Shown here piece by piece: positions 30,283-42,182 of a stretch of 64,000 nt of DNA (position 1 is the first letter of the stretch; every line of letters begins with the position of its first letter). The notes beneath the pieces are model-generated. The model had not been told where the DNA came from, did no database searches, and saw only the letters and a list, made by a program, of their open reading frames with translations. The position numbers were made by a program, and so were the translations under genes. The DNA comes from an uncultured bacterium (GTDB taxonomy: Bacteria > Babelota > Babeliae > Babelales > Babelaceae), in NCBI GenBank assembly GCA_963713855.1, contig OY970209.1, forward strand, positions 704,001 to 768,000, written 5' to 3'.

Positions 30283-31073
30283 ACACGTACCATTTCCCAA
30301 AGTTCTATAAAATCCGTAAATGAGAGTTCTTGCGCACGAGCTCGTGACCACTTTTGAGGTAGAAGCGTAATAGGATAGTGGCTTTGCATCAAGTTATTGC
30401 GCAATGTTCTGCGCCTTTGCTTAAAGCACATTTTCATAAACTGCCAAAACCTTTCTTCATCAGTTATTGGTATAGGATCTTTATTCGGTTTAAAATAAAT
30501 TAGACGAGAGTTTACAGAAGGTGCTGGATAAAATGCTGTTGGAGGTATCGTGCAGAGAGACTTCCATTGAAAATAGTAACCGTAATACAGTGACTGGAAA
30601 GTGCTGTCCCCCGGTTGCGCCAGTATTTTTTGAGCAACTTCTTCTTGAACCATGATGACACCCTCAGCTAAAAGCGATCGGTGGCACTTTAACAGCCTAA
30701 GAAGCGGAAAAGTGATTTGGTACGGTAGGTTTGAAAGGAGTACCCATGGCTTATAAAGATCAAAGCGTTCTTTGAAATCTACCGACAAAATATCCTCGCA
30801 AAAAATGGTAAGCCGGCTATCATGTATCGTCTTTCCAACATACGAAGCCCATTCAGGATCTATCTCAAAAACCCAGAATCTTTCTAGTGGCTTATCGAGA
30901 ATTAACTGCGTCAAAAAACCGTCTCCGCTGCCGATTTCAAAAACTGAGCTTTTATCATTAAGCGTTACCGCTGATAGCATAGTATTAACAACAGTATAGT
31001 CACGCAGAAAATGCTGACCGTACTGCTTTTTAAGAGAAATGCCTTCTATAGCAGGTCCTCTTCTACCTTTCAT
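30279..31073 (-). CDS. rsmA: 16S rRNA dimethyladenosine transferase RsmA/KsgA
   Basis: GQHFL, EIGSGDGFLT, EID, NLPYQIT, MVQEEVA and RRTLRNNL. Confidence 0.95.
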   Translation of the reverse strand: MKGRRGPAIEGISLKKQYGQHFLRDYTVVNTMLSAVTLNDKSSVFEIGSGDGFLTQLILDKPLERFWVFEIDPEWASYVGKTIHDSRLTIFCEDILSVDFKERFDLYKPWVLLSNLPYQITFPLLRLLKCHRSLLAEGVIMVQEEVAQKILAQPGDSTFQSLYYGYYFQWKSLCTIPPTAFYPAPSVNSRLIYFKPNKDPIPITDEERFWQFMKMCFKQRRRTLRNNLMQSHYPITLLPQKWSRARAQELSFTDFIELWEMVRV

Positions 31074-31130
31074 GCAAGTTCTTTCGCGCAGTAGTGTTTT
31101 TTTGTAAAAAAACAGTTTAACGTTCAGGGA

Positions 31131-33484
<2,354 letters not shown>

Positions 33485-33507
33485 GGTATATCCTGAGGCT
33501 AGCAATG

Positions 33508-33599
33508 TGGAGGAGAGAGTGGGATTCGAACCCACGATCCCAATTTCTTGGGATAACTGCTTTCGAGGCAGCCGCTTTAGACCACTCAGCCATCTCTCC
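33508..33599 (-). tRNA. tRNA-Ser (CGA)
   Basis: GGAGAGA acceptor stem, GCTGC-CT-CGA-AA-GCAGT anticodon arm, long variable arm, GGTTCGAATCC T-arm, encoded CCA. Confidence 0.97.
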
Positions 33600-33759
33600 T
33601 TAAATGTGCGATATTTTGTGTCACTAAGCACTTTTTTTACTTTCCCAAGAATATACTATTTATCACTTTTTGAAAAGGCGGGATCGCTTGTTCCGTTTTG
33701 TATCCGGTGCAGAGGAAGGGCTGCAATAAGCCGACATGCGTCGGCGCCTACGATGCGGG

Positions 33760-34257
33760 TTATTTTTTTGCTTTTTTGTTCCAAAAAAAGTTTATTTCGC
33801 GCTTTGCTGATTCGGCTGAATCTGAGCCGTGAACAGCGTTGAATGTTTTGTTGGTACCAAACATTTTTCGGATTGTGCCTACGAGAGCTTGCTGTGGATT
33901 AGTAGCCCCCATGAGCGCGCGCCAATCAGCAATAGCATTCTCCTTTTTAAGGACTAAAGCAATAACTGGACCAGAGGTGATATAGTCTACAAGTTCCTTA
34001 AAAAAGGGCTTTCCTTGATGTTCGCTATAAAATTTCTCAGCTTCTTTAGTTTTTAATAAGCGCTTTTCCATGCGAGTAATGGTAAAACCGTTAAGTTCAA
34101 TAAGGGCTACTATATAGCCCGAGTTACGTGCGGCCACTGCATCAGGTTTTATAAGGGCAAACGTTTCTGTGAGCGCAGTGCACGTTTCTTGACCACGCAC
34201 GGTCTGGAAAATGATGGTGGAAAATAATAGAAAGGTAATAAGGGTATGGTATATCAT
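33760..34257 (-). CDS. ndk: Nucleoside diphosphate kinase with N-terminal signal-like extension
   Basis: TFALIKPDAV, FYSEHQGKPFF, SGPV, GTIR and NAVHGSDS. Confidence 0.95.
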   Translation of the reverse strand: MIYHTLITFLLFSTIIFQTVRGQETCTALTETFALIKPDAVAARNSGYIVALIELNGFTITRMEKRLLKTKEAEKFYSEHQGKPFFKELVDYITSGPVIALVLKKENAIADWRALMGATNPQQALVGTIRKMFGTNKTFNAVHGSDSAESAKREINFFWNKKAKK

Positions 34258-34504
34258 GTAAAAGATCCTTAAGAAATAACTCTAGGTAGTGTAGCACGCA
34301 TTGTACCTTTTTCGCGTTGGCGGCTAAAGACTTTTTTTAAAGCAGCCGCTTTTTTAAGCGACTAGCAATTTTTTTATCACGGTGCATGTTATTTATACTC
34401 TCGCTAAGAGGTTTTTTTGGTATATGCTTAGAACCTAGTGAACTGGCTTGGACTTTCTTTGAACGAGTGGTATTTTAAGGAAAGTAATTTTTAACGATTT
34501 TAAT

Positions 34505-35980
34505 GTGCAGGAGAAAGCAATGGCCCTTCGGTCTAATGTGCAGGCAGTTATACTGGCCGCTGGCCAATCTAAACTTTTTAAAACTGAAAACACTAAATTG
34601 AGCTTTCCTATTTGTGGTCAGGAGATGATCTTGTACCCGGTAAAGATGCTTGAAAACCTTAACATACCCACGACGGTTGTTTTGGGGCATCAAAGGGAGC
34701 TTCTACGTAAAATTATCGACGCAAAAGCCTCAAGCATAACCTATGTTGAGCAGCTTGAGCAGCGGGGTACTGGGCATGCTCTTCTATGTGCGCGTGCTCA
34801 ATTACAAGCAGAGCATGTTCTTGTTATTAATGGTGATGCTCCTCTTGTAACACCGGCAATGATTCAAGACATGATTGCCCAGCATTTTTTGAATGATGCA
34901 ACGGTAACATTTGCAACCTCTCATAACGAGGACCCTGGGCTTGAAGGCTATGGCCGTGTAATGCGTAAAGATAGCGCGGTCGAGATCATTGAATATAATG
35001 ACAAACGAGATACGTCATCCCTCTGTTGCGTTAACGGTGGTATCTATATCTTTAAGCGTTCATTTTTAGAAGCTGCGTTACATCGTATACCCCCTTATAC
35101 ACATTCTGGAGAATTTGGAGTACCGGAGCTTATTGGTATGGCAAGTGCTCAGGGGCTAATTGTTGAAACGGTTCAGCTGCCTTTTGACAACGTACGTAAT
35201 GTTACCACGCTCAAAGATTTATGGGTTGTTGAGCACATAAAGCGCTCAGAGCTTATAAGTTATTGGATGACGCAAGGTGTTCGTTTTTCTTTTGCTCAAA
35301 ATGTGCATCTTGATATCGATGTAACCATTGGTCCCGACACGCTTATAGGTGTTGGAGTTCATCTTCTAAACGGTACGAATATTGGTGCTCACTGTGTTGT
35401 TGACGGATTTACATATATAAGTAATAGCATACTTCACGATCATGTGCATCTGCTGCCGCACTGTTATATTTATGATTCTGCAATACATGCTTATGCTCAA
35501 ATAGGCCCTTTTGCCCATATAAGAAAAGGTAGTGTTATCGATACGCACGTTACCGTTGGCAATTTTGTAGAGGTAAGTTCTACGACGCTTGGCTCGCATA
35601 CCAAAGCCAAACATTTTAGCTATTTAAGTAATGCTGCTATTGGCTCACATGTCAACATAGGTGCGGGCACTATAACGGGTAATCACGACGGTCATGGTAC
35701 TAAGCACCCAATCGTTATTAAAGAGGGGGCTTTTATAGGAAGCAATAGCACTCTTGTAGCGCCAATTACGATTGGAAAAGGGGCAATGACAGCTGCAGGT
35801 TCAACCTTAACAAAGCATGTACCCGATCAATCGCTAGGCATAGCTCGTCCACCTCAAATAAATAAAGAAGGGTATGCATCACGTTTACGGTCCCGTTTTA
35901 AGGAAGCTGAGTATGAGGAAAAGCATACCTGTACCTGTGCTCATGAAGCTAATGCTGCGATGAGTATTGAGGTTGCATGA
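34505..35980 (+). CDS. glmU: Bifunctional GlmU
   Basis: VILAAG, EQRGTGHA, NGDAP, GYGR, hexapeptide repeats, GPFAHIR, GNFVE and NIGAGTIT. Start could be ATG 34520. Confidence 0.92.
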   Translation: MQEKAMALRSNVQAVILAAGQSKLFKTENTKLSFPICGQEMILYPVKMLENLNIPTTVVLGHQRELLRKIIDAKASSITYVEQLEQRGTGHALLCARAQLQAEHVLVINGDAPLVTPAMIQDMIAQHFLNDATVTFATSHNEDPGLEGYGRVMRKDSAVEIIEYNDKRDTSSLCCVNGGIYIFKRSFLEAALHRIPPYTHSGEFGVPELIGMASAQGLIVETVQLPFDNVRNVTTLKDLWVVEHIKRSELISYWMTQGVRFSFAQNVHLDIDVTIGPDTLIGVGVHLLNGTNIGAHCVVDGFTYISNSILHDHVHLLPHCYIYDSAIHAYAQIGPFAHIRKGSVIDTHVTVGNFVEVSSTTLGSHTKAKHFSYLSNAAIGSHVNIGAGTITGNHDGHGTKHPIVIKEGAFIGSNSTLVAPITIGKGAMTAAGSTLTKHVPDQSLGIARPPQINKEGYASRLRSRFKEAEYEEKHTCTCAHEANAAMSIEVA

Positions 35981-37209
35981 TTCGCTTTATTCATACGGCC
36001 GACGTACACTTTGGTGTTGAAAATTACGGGCGTGTCGATGCAAAGACAGGAATACATACGCGCCTATTAGATTTCTATACTGCTCTTCAGTTTTGTGTAG
36101 ATCGTGCTATTGAAGAGAATGTTGATTTCTTTCTTTTTTCTGGTGACGCTTATAAAACTGCGCACCCAAGTCCCACGCAACAACGGCTTTTGTGCGATTG
36201 TTTTTTGCGCCTTTTTAAGGCGAACATACCGCTTGTTATTATTGTTGGAAACCATGATAATCCTTTAAGTTTTGGCAAAGCTCATGCACTTGAGCTTTTT
36301 GGCCAGCTACCGCTTGACGGCTTTCACGTATTTTCAAAGCCTGGTGTGTTAACGCTTAAAACAAAAAGCGGGCCAGTTCAAATTGTCGGAATACCTTGGC
36401 CGTCTCGCTCTAACATTGCGCTCAGTTCCGCACATGCAAATAGCTCGGCCGTGGATGTGAGCGGATACATTAGCCGCGCTGTGTCAGGCATCATTGGTGC
36501 ATTTGCCAGTAAGCTCGACCCGAACGTGCCTGCTATACTAGCTGGTCATTTGACCGTAAGTACTGGCGTGTATTCGGGCTCAGAAAAAAAAGCTATTTAC
36601 GGTAACGACCCAATCTTTTTGCCGTCGCAGCTTGCTATTCCTCCCTTCGATTATGTGGGCCTGGGCCATCTTCATAGATATCAAAGCCTTAATGTGCAGA
36701 GCCATCCACCAATCGTGTATCCCGGATCGATAGACCGTATTGATTTTGGAGAAAGGAAAGAAGAAAAAGGTTTTTGCTTAGTCACTATCCAAGATAAGCA
36801 ACGGACAAACCACGTCTTTATAAAAACGCCCATTCGCCAATTTATTCAATTAGACGTATATCTTGAAGGAAGTGAAAGTCAAACCGATCACATACTGCAA
36901 GAACTTAATAAGCACGAACTGGAAAACGCTATACTTAAAATCGTCTACCACGTTCCTGCCGGCAAAAAAGACCGTGTAGATTTTTTGGCTGTCCAACAAG
37001 CAAGTGCACGCGCTCATTATTTGTCGGGCATTATTCCGGTTCGCGCTCTTGAAACGCGTGACCGCCGTCCACAGCTTAAAGTTACTATGGGTTTTAACCA
37101 ACTGCTTGATAATTATTTTAGCCAAAAGCCAGAGTGGAAGGATAAACGCTCAACACTCCTTCAAAAAGCAGCCGAGCTTGAAGCGGAGCTTGATTCAGAA
37201 ACATCATAA
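35977..37209 (+). CDS. sbcD: Exonuclease SbcCD subunit D
   Basis: HTADVHFG, SGD, GNHD, YVGLGHLH and YPGS..DFGE. Confidence 0.92.
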   Translation: MIRFIHTADVHFGVENYGRVDAKTGIHTRLLDFYTALQFCVDRAIEENVDFFLFSGDAYKTAHPSPTQQRLLCDCFLRLFKANIPLVIIVGNHDNPLSFGKAHALELFGQLPLDGFHVFSKPGVLTLKTKSGPVQIVGIPWPSRSNIALSSAHANSSAVDVSGYISRAVSGIIGAFASKLDPNVPAILAGHLTVSTGVYSGSEKKAIYGNDPIFLPSQLAIPPFDYVGLGHLHRYQSLNVQSHPPIVYPGSIDRIDFGERKEEKGFCLVTIQDKQRTNHVFIKTPIRQFIQLDVYLEGSESQTDHILQELNKHELENAILKIVYHVPAGKKDRVDFLAVQQASARAHYLSGIIPVRALETRDRRPQLKVTMGFNQLLDNYFSQKPEWKDKRSTLLQKAAELEAELDSETS

Positions 37210-37217
37210 AATTTAGA

Positions 37218-40200
37218 TCATCGGTATGCAAAGAGTGTAGTTAAAGGATGCGACGTTACGAGAGTAGTAACCTCCCTTTCGCTTAACCGACCGTTCTTTA
37301 AAGTTGAGTTTGATAAAAGATCAATCGGCATGGTAGATAGCTCTTTTAAAGCACCTTTAATAAGATCCCCAAGTGCTTTGCATTCTTGTTTAAACTTTGA
37401 AGCGCTATTCTGCAACGCTGATTGTAGTGAACGAACAAAGTGTTCTACGTTTTCTGCTAGAGGCTCAGTGTAGCTTTGAGGAATAGTTTGCTTTAGTAGA
37501 TGAGCTATACCCAAAGCCGGAATTTTTAAGTAGCGTACATTTACAAAAGCACGTTTGCCATTATAGTGCTCATAGAGCTTTTTTGTGTATCCTAAGCATG
37601 AAAGAGCAGTTTTTGTAAGCTCCTCCGCTTGATCGGTATAGCCGCTTTTAGTATACTGTGCTGCCTGATGAGCGAGAGCCATTACAAAAACACAAAGGGC
37701 GTTCAGAGTAGACTTTTCGTCAGATTTCAACTTTCCACTAGCTCTACATAAGGTAACGGCTGATTCTATGACTGTAAGGAGTTTATCGAAAATATCTTTT
37801 TGAAAGGGAGTTGCGTAAAGTGTAGTTAGGCTATCTACTGATAAATCGTGTTTTGCAAAGGCTTTTTGCGTAATGCCATCAATTGTGAAAGTGTATGTTG
37901 AAAACTGCTCATTTTTATGGTCAAAGCCTTTTTGCTTTTGGAGAATATTTAAGAGTAAAAATTGTGTTTGAAGAATACCTCTGTATGCGGCTAAACATTT
38001 TTCGTACAAATGAGCAGAAGCTGCTTTATGGTAAAGTTCAAGAAACGCATTGCGTATAGAGCTATCTACGATACTAATTTCATGAGCGTCTATTTTGTGT
38101 TGATTATACCTATATATGGTATCCATCATAACTTGTACGTTATCTTTAATTAAGGTCAACTTCTCTTCGTAACCAGTTTTTTCTTTCTGCAACTTGTTCT
38201 CAAACTCTTCAATTTTTTGAGCAAGCTGGCTGATGCTCATCGTTTTGGCTAAGTCCTCTTGCTGTTTTGCAAACGAGTCTTCGCCATTCAATATTACGCG
38301 TGTGGGTTCTATTGGAAGAACGTCTAAGCGAACCGGCACACCCATTGCTATAAGAGCGCGCTGGTCAGCGTTGTCAAAGAGCTTAAGTTGCTTTGTTCTA
38401 TCGTAGAGCCAGAAAGGAAGAATGTACCCATCTATGTCAAAGTACGGTTTTATTAAAACTTGGTCTGGAAAAGATGCGCATTCTTCAAGAGCCTTTATGT
38501 AGTAGGTATACTCTCTTTCCCAGTCCTCATGAGTTTTAAGGTCGTAATTACGAATTTGGGTGTCTATAAAATCTTCATCAGGATAGTCTTTTAAATCAAT
38601 CGTATCGCACGAAGTAAAATGATTGTATAGAAGATAGGCCGCGGTTCCTGCAGCGATAATTCCCACCGCAATAATCGCAGCCGAAGGCACGTATTTGACT
38701 GCTTTTTCTATCAACTTCTCACTCATCTCAGGTAATGGCCCTTCGACCCGAGCTTTTCCGTAAGCACCTTTTGCTGTGGCAACACCTTGCTCGTTACTGT
38801 AGTATGCCTGACCTCCAATTGTTGCACTGTAGTCATGGCCAAGGTCAAAGCGGTTATATGGTGATGCTATAGGCGTGGCGCAAGGACTTCCTCTATACCC
38901 ATACACATCAGGATCCATATAGCCACTACTAGAGTGATGATCAGAAGCTACATCATGAACTTCAGTAATCAGTGAGGCAGCAGAATCTTTGTAATGCTCA
39001 TGTAAGCTACTCTCGTCAACTTTCTTAATATTCTCATTCACGTTAGATTCAAAATGCATTGAGTCTTGTGGGGTAAAACCTTGGTAGGTATACTTCTGTA
39101 AGCCTTCTCTGAGCGCTTCAGAAAAAGACTGTTGAACAAATTCTTTGATGGCTATAGATTGTGAATCTTCATGTGTAGGAAAAACAGATGCTGCTTGATT
39201 GCTATCTTGCCTGAGTACGCTAAAAATACCAGGCATCATAAAAAGCCCGCTTGCTTGATGAATGTCACTTGGAGGGATGTTGTCAGAAGGAATGTAAGGA
39301 GATTCTGACATAGTAGACTGAGAAGGAGTAACTTTTGTTGGTATATACATCTCCCCATTTTCTCTCCAATGTATTCCCCGCTCATCAAACCACTGCTTCC
39401 ATGAAGGATCAATCGGTCCTTTTGAAAGTACAACAAATTCAGCATCATTGCTTTTTGCTACCTCATACTGTGCTTTAAATGTTTGTTGCATGTCTTGAGC
39501 TTTGTCACAGTTGATTCTAAGATTTTTTCTATCTTTGCTTTCAAAAAATATTTTTTTAGTTCCTAGCTGATCTGTATAGTCCGCTATAATGTCAAACTCT
39601 CTAGATTTTGACGAAACGCTGAAATCTGTAAATCTGCGTCCCACTTCTTTTAATTCGTATTGGGGTAACTTACTGACTTTATCAAGCATTTCCAATTCAT
39701 ACCAAGCCCCCCTTGCTAGACCTTCGTCTTTTTTAAGGAAAACTCCTTTGAAAAATCTTGCTAAAGCATTTTCTGGATCTCCTTCTAATCCCGGTAAGTT
39801 TTTAAGTCTCTGAAATATACGCGGCAATTGCTCCAATTTTTCAACAGGGAAGCCTAACCCTTGAGGATTAGTTCGTATGAGAAGCTGAAATACAGCTTCC
39901 CGGCAACCAACGCCAGGTATAATTTCACTGGGCTTAATTATATCTCTTGCATCGGCTGCTACCTTTTGAATTAGCGGATCATTGTTTATGGGAGCTTTTA
40001 GAAAATTGGTCAATTGATCTTTTTTGAGCCAATGGTGCATTTTAAGGTCGTGGTTATAATGAGGGTCTTTTATTCCCTGATAAGGTAAAGGATAATGATC
40101 AGGAAAATTACGAGGATCATGGGGTTTTAACGCGCGACCACCGCCATTTGGCGAGTTAGTGTCTGCAAAATATTCGATGGTAGGCCGAAAATCTAACTCT

Positions 40201-40910
40201 TCAATGTTCAAATTTGCATATGAAGGCATGGTCGGAAATTCAAGAACGGGCTCGGGCACTTTATGCCACTTAAAACCTTGATCATATTTGAATGAAGCAA
40301 ACGATTTCCAATTTTGTTCCTGAGCTTCAAATAATCCAACTTTATGATAACCATTAGGATTTAGTTCTATTGCTAGCTGCGCACTCTTTGAAAAAGGAAT
40401 CTTTAAATTTAAAACTGACTTGGGAGTTAGTTGAGCAATTTTAGCTGTTCCCAGACTGACAAGGTAATGCGCAAGTCCTTGTCCAATTATCTCGCCAGCA
40501 GCTGCTAAAGTCGCTTTAGTAGGATCTATTCCATATTCCTGTTGAAATTCTGGGCTATGAATAACATCATAAGCACTTTTAAGCATTCCACCAGCGGTAA
40601 TGAAAAGCAAAGCATGAGTAACACCGGGAACAATAAGAATGCCAGGAAACGCGATAATGATTCCAGTTGCACAAATGGTAAAGGCGAGCTCCCGAGGATT
40701 ATCAAGCATCTTTTTCGTGGCTCTGCTAAATCCTCGTCCCACGGCTAAGCTGTACTCAACGATATCTTGACTAGTTAATTCATGAGCCTGCGCTTCCGCT
40801 AGTAACTCTGGCGGAATATAAAACTGTGCTTTAATAGATGATTCTGGAATTAAGAAAAAACATAATAATAAACAACTTAAAGATTGAAATAAATTTTTAA
40901 TGAGATGCAT
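37218..40910 (-). CDS. Large secreted protein with internal PD-(D/E)XK nuclease-like domain
   Basis: Start moved to ATG 40910, followed by a signal peptide and hydrophobic helices. GAWYELE..REFDII..FFESK..AQ pattern at about 39360-39720. Confidence 0.7.
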   Translation of the reverse strand: MHLIKNLFQSLSCLLLCFFLIPESSIKAQFYIPPELLAEAQAHELTSQDIVEYSLAVGRGFSRATKKMLDNPRELAFTICATGIIIAFPGILIVPGVTHALLFITAGGMLKSAYDVIHSPEFQQEYGIDPTKATLAAAGEIIGQGLAHYLVSLGTAKIAQLTPKSVLNLKIPFSKSAQLAIELNPNGYHKVGLFEAQEQNWKSFASFKYDQGFKWHKVPEPVLEFPTMPSYANLNIEELDFRPTIEYFADTNSPNGGGRALKPHDPRNFPDHYPLPYQGIKDPHYNHDLKMHHWLKKDQLTNFLKAPINNDPLIQKVAADARDIIKPSEIIPGVGCREAVFQLLIRTNPQGLGFPVEKLEQLPRIFQRLKNLPGLEGDPENALARFFKGVFLKKDEGLARGAWYELEMLDKVSKLPQYELKEVGRRFTDFSVSSKSREFDIIADYTDQLGTKKIFFESKDRKNLRINCDKAQDMQQTFKAQYEVAKSNDAEFVVLSKGPIDPSWKQWFDERGIHWRENGEMYIPTKVTPSQSTMSESPYIPSDNIPPSDIHQASGLFMMPGIFSVLRQDSNQAASVFPTHEDSQSIAIKEFVQQSFSEALREGLQKYTYQGFTPQDSMHFESNVNENIKKVDESSLHEHYKDSAASLITEVHDVASDHHSSSGYMDPDVYGYRGSPCATPIASPYNRFDLGHDYSATIGGQAYYSNEQGVATAKGAYGKARVEGPLPEMSEKLIEKAVKYVPSAAIIAVGIIAAGTAAYLLYNHFTSCDTIDLKDYPDEDFIDTQIRNYDLKTHEDWEREYTYYIKALEECASFPDQVLIKPYFDIDGYILPFWLYDRTKQLKLFDNADQRALIAMGVPVRLDVLPIEPTRVILNGEDSFAKQQEDLAKTMSISQLAQKIEEFENKLQKEKTGYEEKLTLIKDNVQVMMDTIYRYNQHKIDAHEISIVDSSIRNAFLELYHKAASAHLYEKCLAAYRGILQTQFLLLNILQKQKGFDHKNEQFSTYTFTIDGITQKAFAKHDLSVDSLTTLYATPFQKDIFDKLLTVIESAVTLCRASGKLKSDEKSTLNALCVFVMALAHQAAQYTKSGYTDQAEELTKTALSCLGYTKKLYEHYNGKRAFVNVRYLKIPALGIAHLLKQTIPQSYTEPLAENVEHFVRSLQSALQNSASKFKQECKALGDLIKGALKELSTMPIDLLSNSTLKNGRLSEREVTTLVTSHPLTTLFAYR

Positions 40911-40935
40911 GTGCGTACCTTTTAAAAAGTCTTTC

Positions 40936-41844
40936 TTAAACTTTATAAATTCTTTCTTTATAGTCGATTCCGTTAAAAGCCTCAAAGGAATAAATATCTC
41001 GTCCTTCTGTTAGGTCGAGTATGACTTGAATATAAGGTCTTAAATCTACAGGCTTTTCCTTTTGTTGAAATGGTATGATAGAAAGGTCTTCGTATAGCAC
41101 CAACTTAGCCATTCCCCATTTTGCTTTTATTGGCAGCACAAAGGGCAAATCTGTTTTTAATAATTTTAATATATCTAAATCTATTAACTCATAGCCTTTA
41201 GAGAGACACTTTTGTTGTAATTCGAATAAGTCGTCTGCTATGTCCTTTAAGTGAGATTCTGTCCGGTTTTTTGCAATAGCTGCTCTAGGTGCCCAATAGA
41301 ATCCCGAAGTACTAATCATTACCCTCCACTCCCCTACTTTAACGTCATCATACCTCTCGTCCATAAGATAATCGTTGTATGCTATGAGCTCCCCTATTGC
41401 GTAGGGAGCTGTTATTTTTAGTAACTTGTCGATATACCAGTCATAATGTATAGAAGTAGCACCGTTTTCTTTATAAGGTATAAGATCTCCTGGTGAAAAA
41501 GTCACACGAGTGCCGTTAGAAACTACGTAAAAATTAATATAAGCAGACTCTACGTGTTGTATACCCAAATAATCATGATGAGGCCGCAATCTGCATTCTT
41601 CATCAAAACAGGCAAATGCGCATAAAAATTCAGAATAATTTCTCTTTAGCAGCTCCTGCCAAGCAATATCAATTCCTTTATCAAAGCTTATTTCTCGACT
41701 TTCGATAAACTTTTGTGAATCGTCATAGACTTCATGATACATTTTTTCAGGATTTAGCTGATGAAGATTAGTCATTATATTACTAACTATTTCTTTTGTC
41801 GGCGACTGTGGAATAGCTGCATGTATATAGTAAGTGGTGCTCAT
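40936..41844 (-). CDS. Hypothetical protein, candidate immunity protein
   Basis: No signal peptide, directly upstream of the nuclease-domain gene. Internal repeat YIDKLLKIT..IGELIAY / YIQVILDLT..IYSFEAF. Confidence 0.6.
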   Translation of the reverse strand: MSTTYYIHAAIPQSPTKEIVSNIMTNLHQLNPEKMYHEVYDDSQKFIESREISFDKGIDIAWQELLKRNYSEFLCAFACFDEECRLRPHHDYLGIQHVESAYINFYVVSNGTRVTFSPGDLIPYKENGATSIHYDWYIDKLLKITAPYAIGELIAYNDYLMDERYDDVKVGEWRVMISTSGFYWAPRAAIAKNRTESHLKDIADDLFELQQKCLSKGYELIDLDILKLLKTDLPFVLPIKAKWGMAKLVLYEDLSIIPFQQKEKPVDLRPYIQVILDLTEGRDIYSFEAFNGIDYKERIYKV

Positions 41845-42182
41845 AGCTTACTCGCTATTAAAACTGATTTGAAAATCAAATAAAATTCGTTGTTAAACAA
41901 ATGAGTGTTGCGAAGGGTAAAAGGAAGATTTAAAGAAGCTGGAGTTTTGTGACAGTATGAATATTTCATGGTAAAGTCTTAAGCTGCTGCATAACATTAA
42001 ACTCTTTATACATTAGTAGTTTTAGCTCAAATGTCAACTTTTTTATGAAATTTGGTGAAAAAATCAAAAATAAAACTTTCTAATTTGATTTGATCAACTA
42101 TTAATGGCAACCCAACCAATACCGCAAATTGATGGTTAAAAAGATAAAGAAAAGGGTCGCGTAAAAGTGCCCCTTATTCGTT

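Noticed and set aside
33485..33631. N-terminal extension of ORF 32162..33631
   Set aside because: It reads through tRNA-Ser; the signal peptide begins at ATG 33484.
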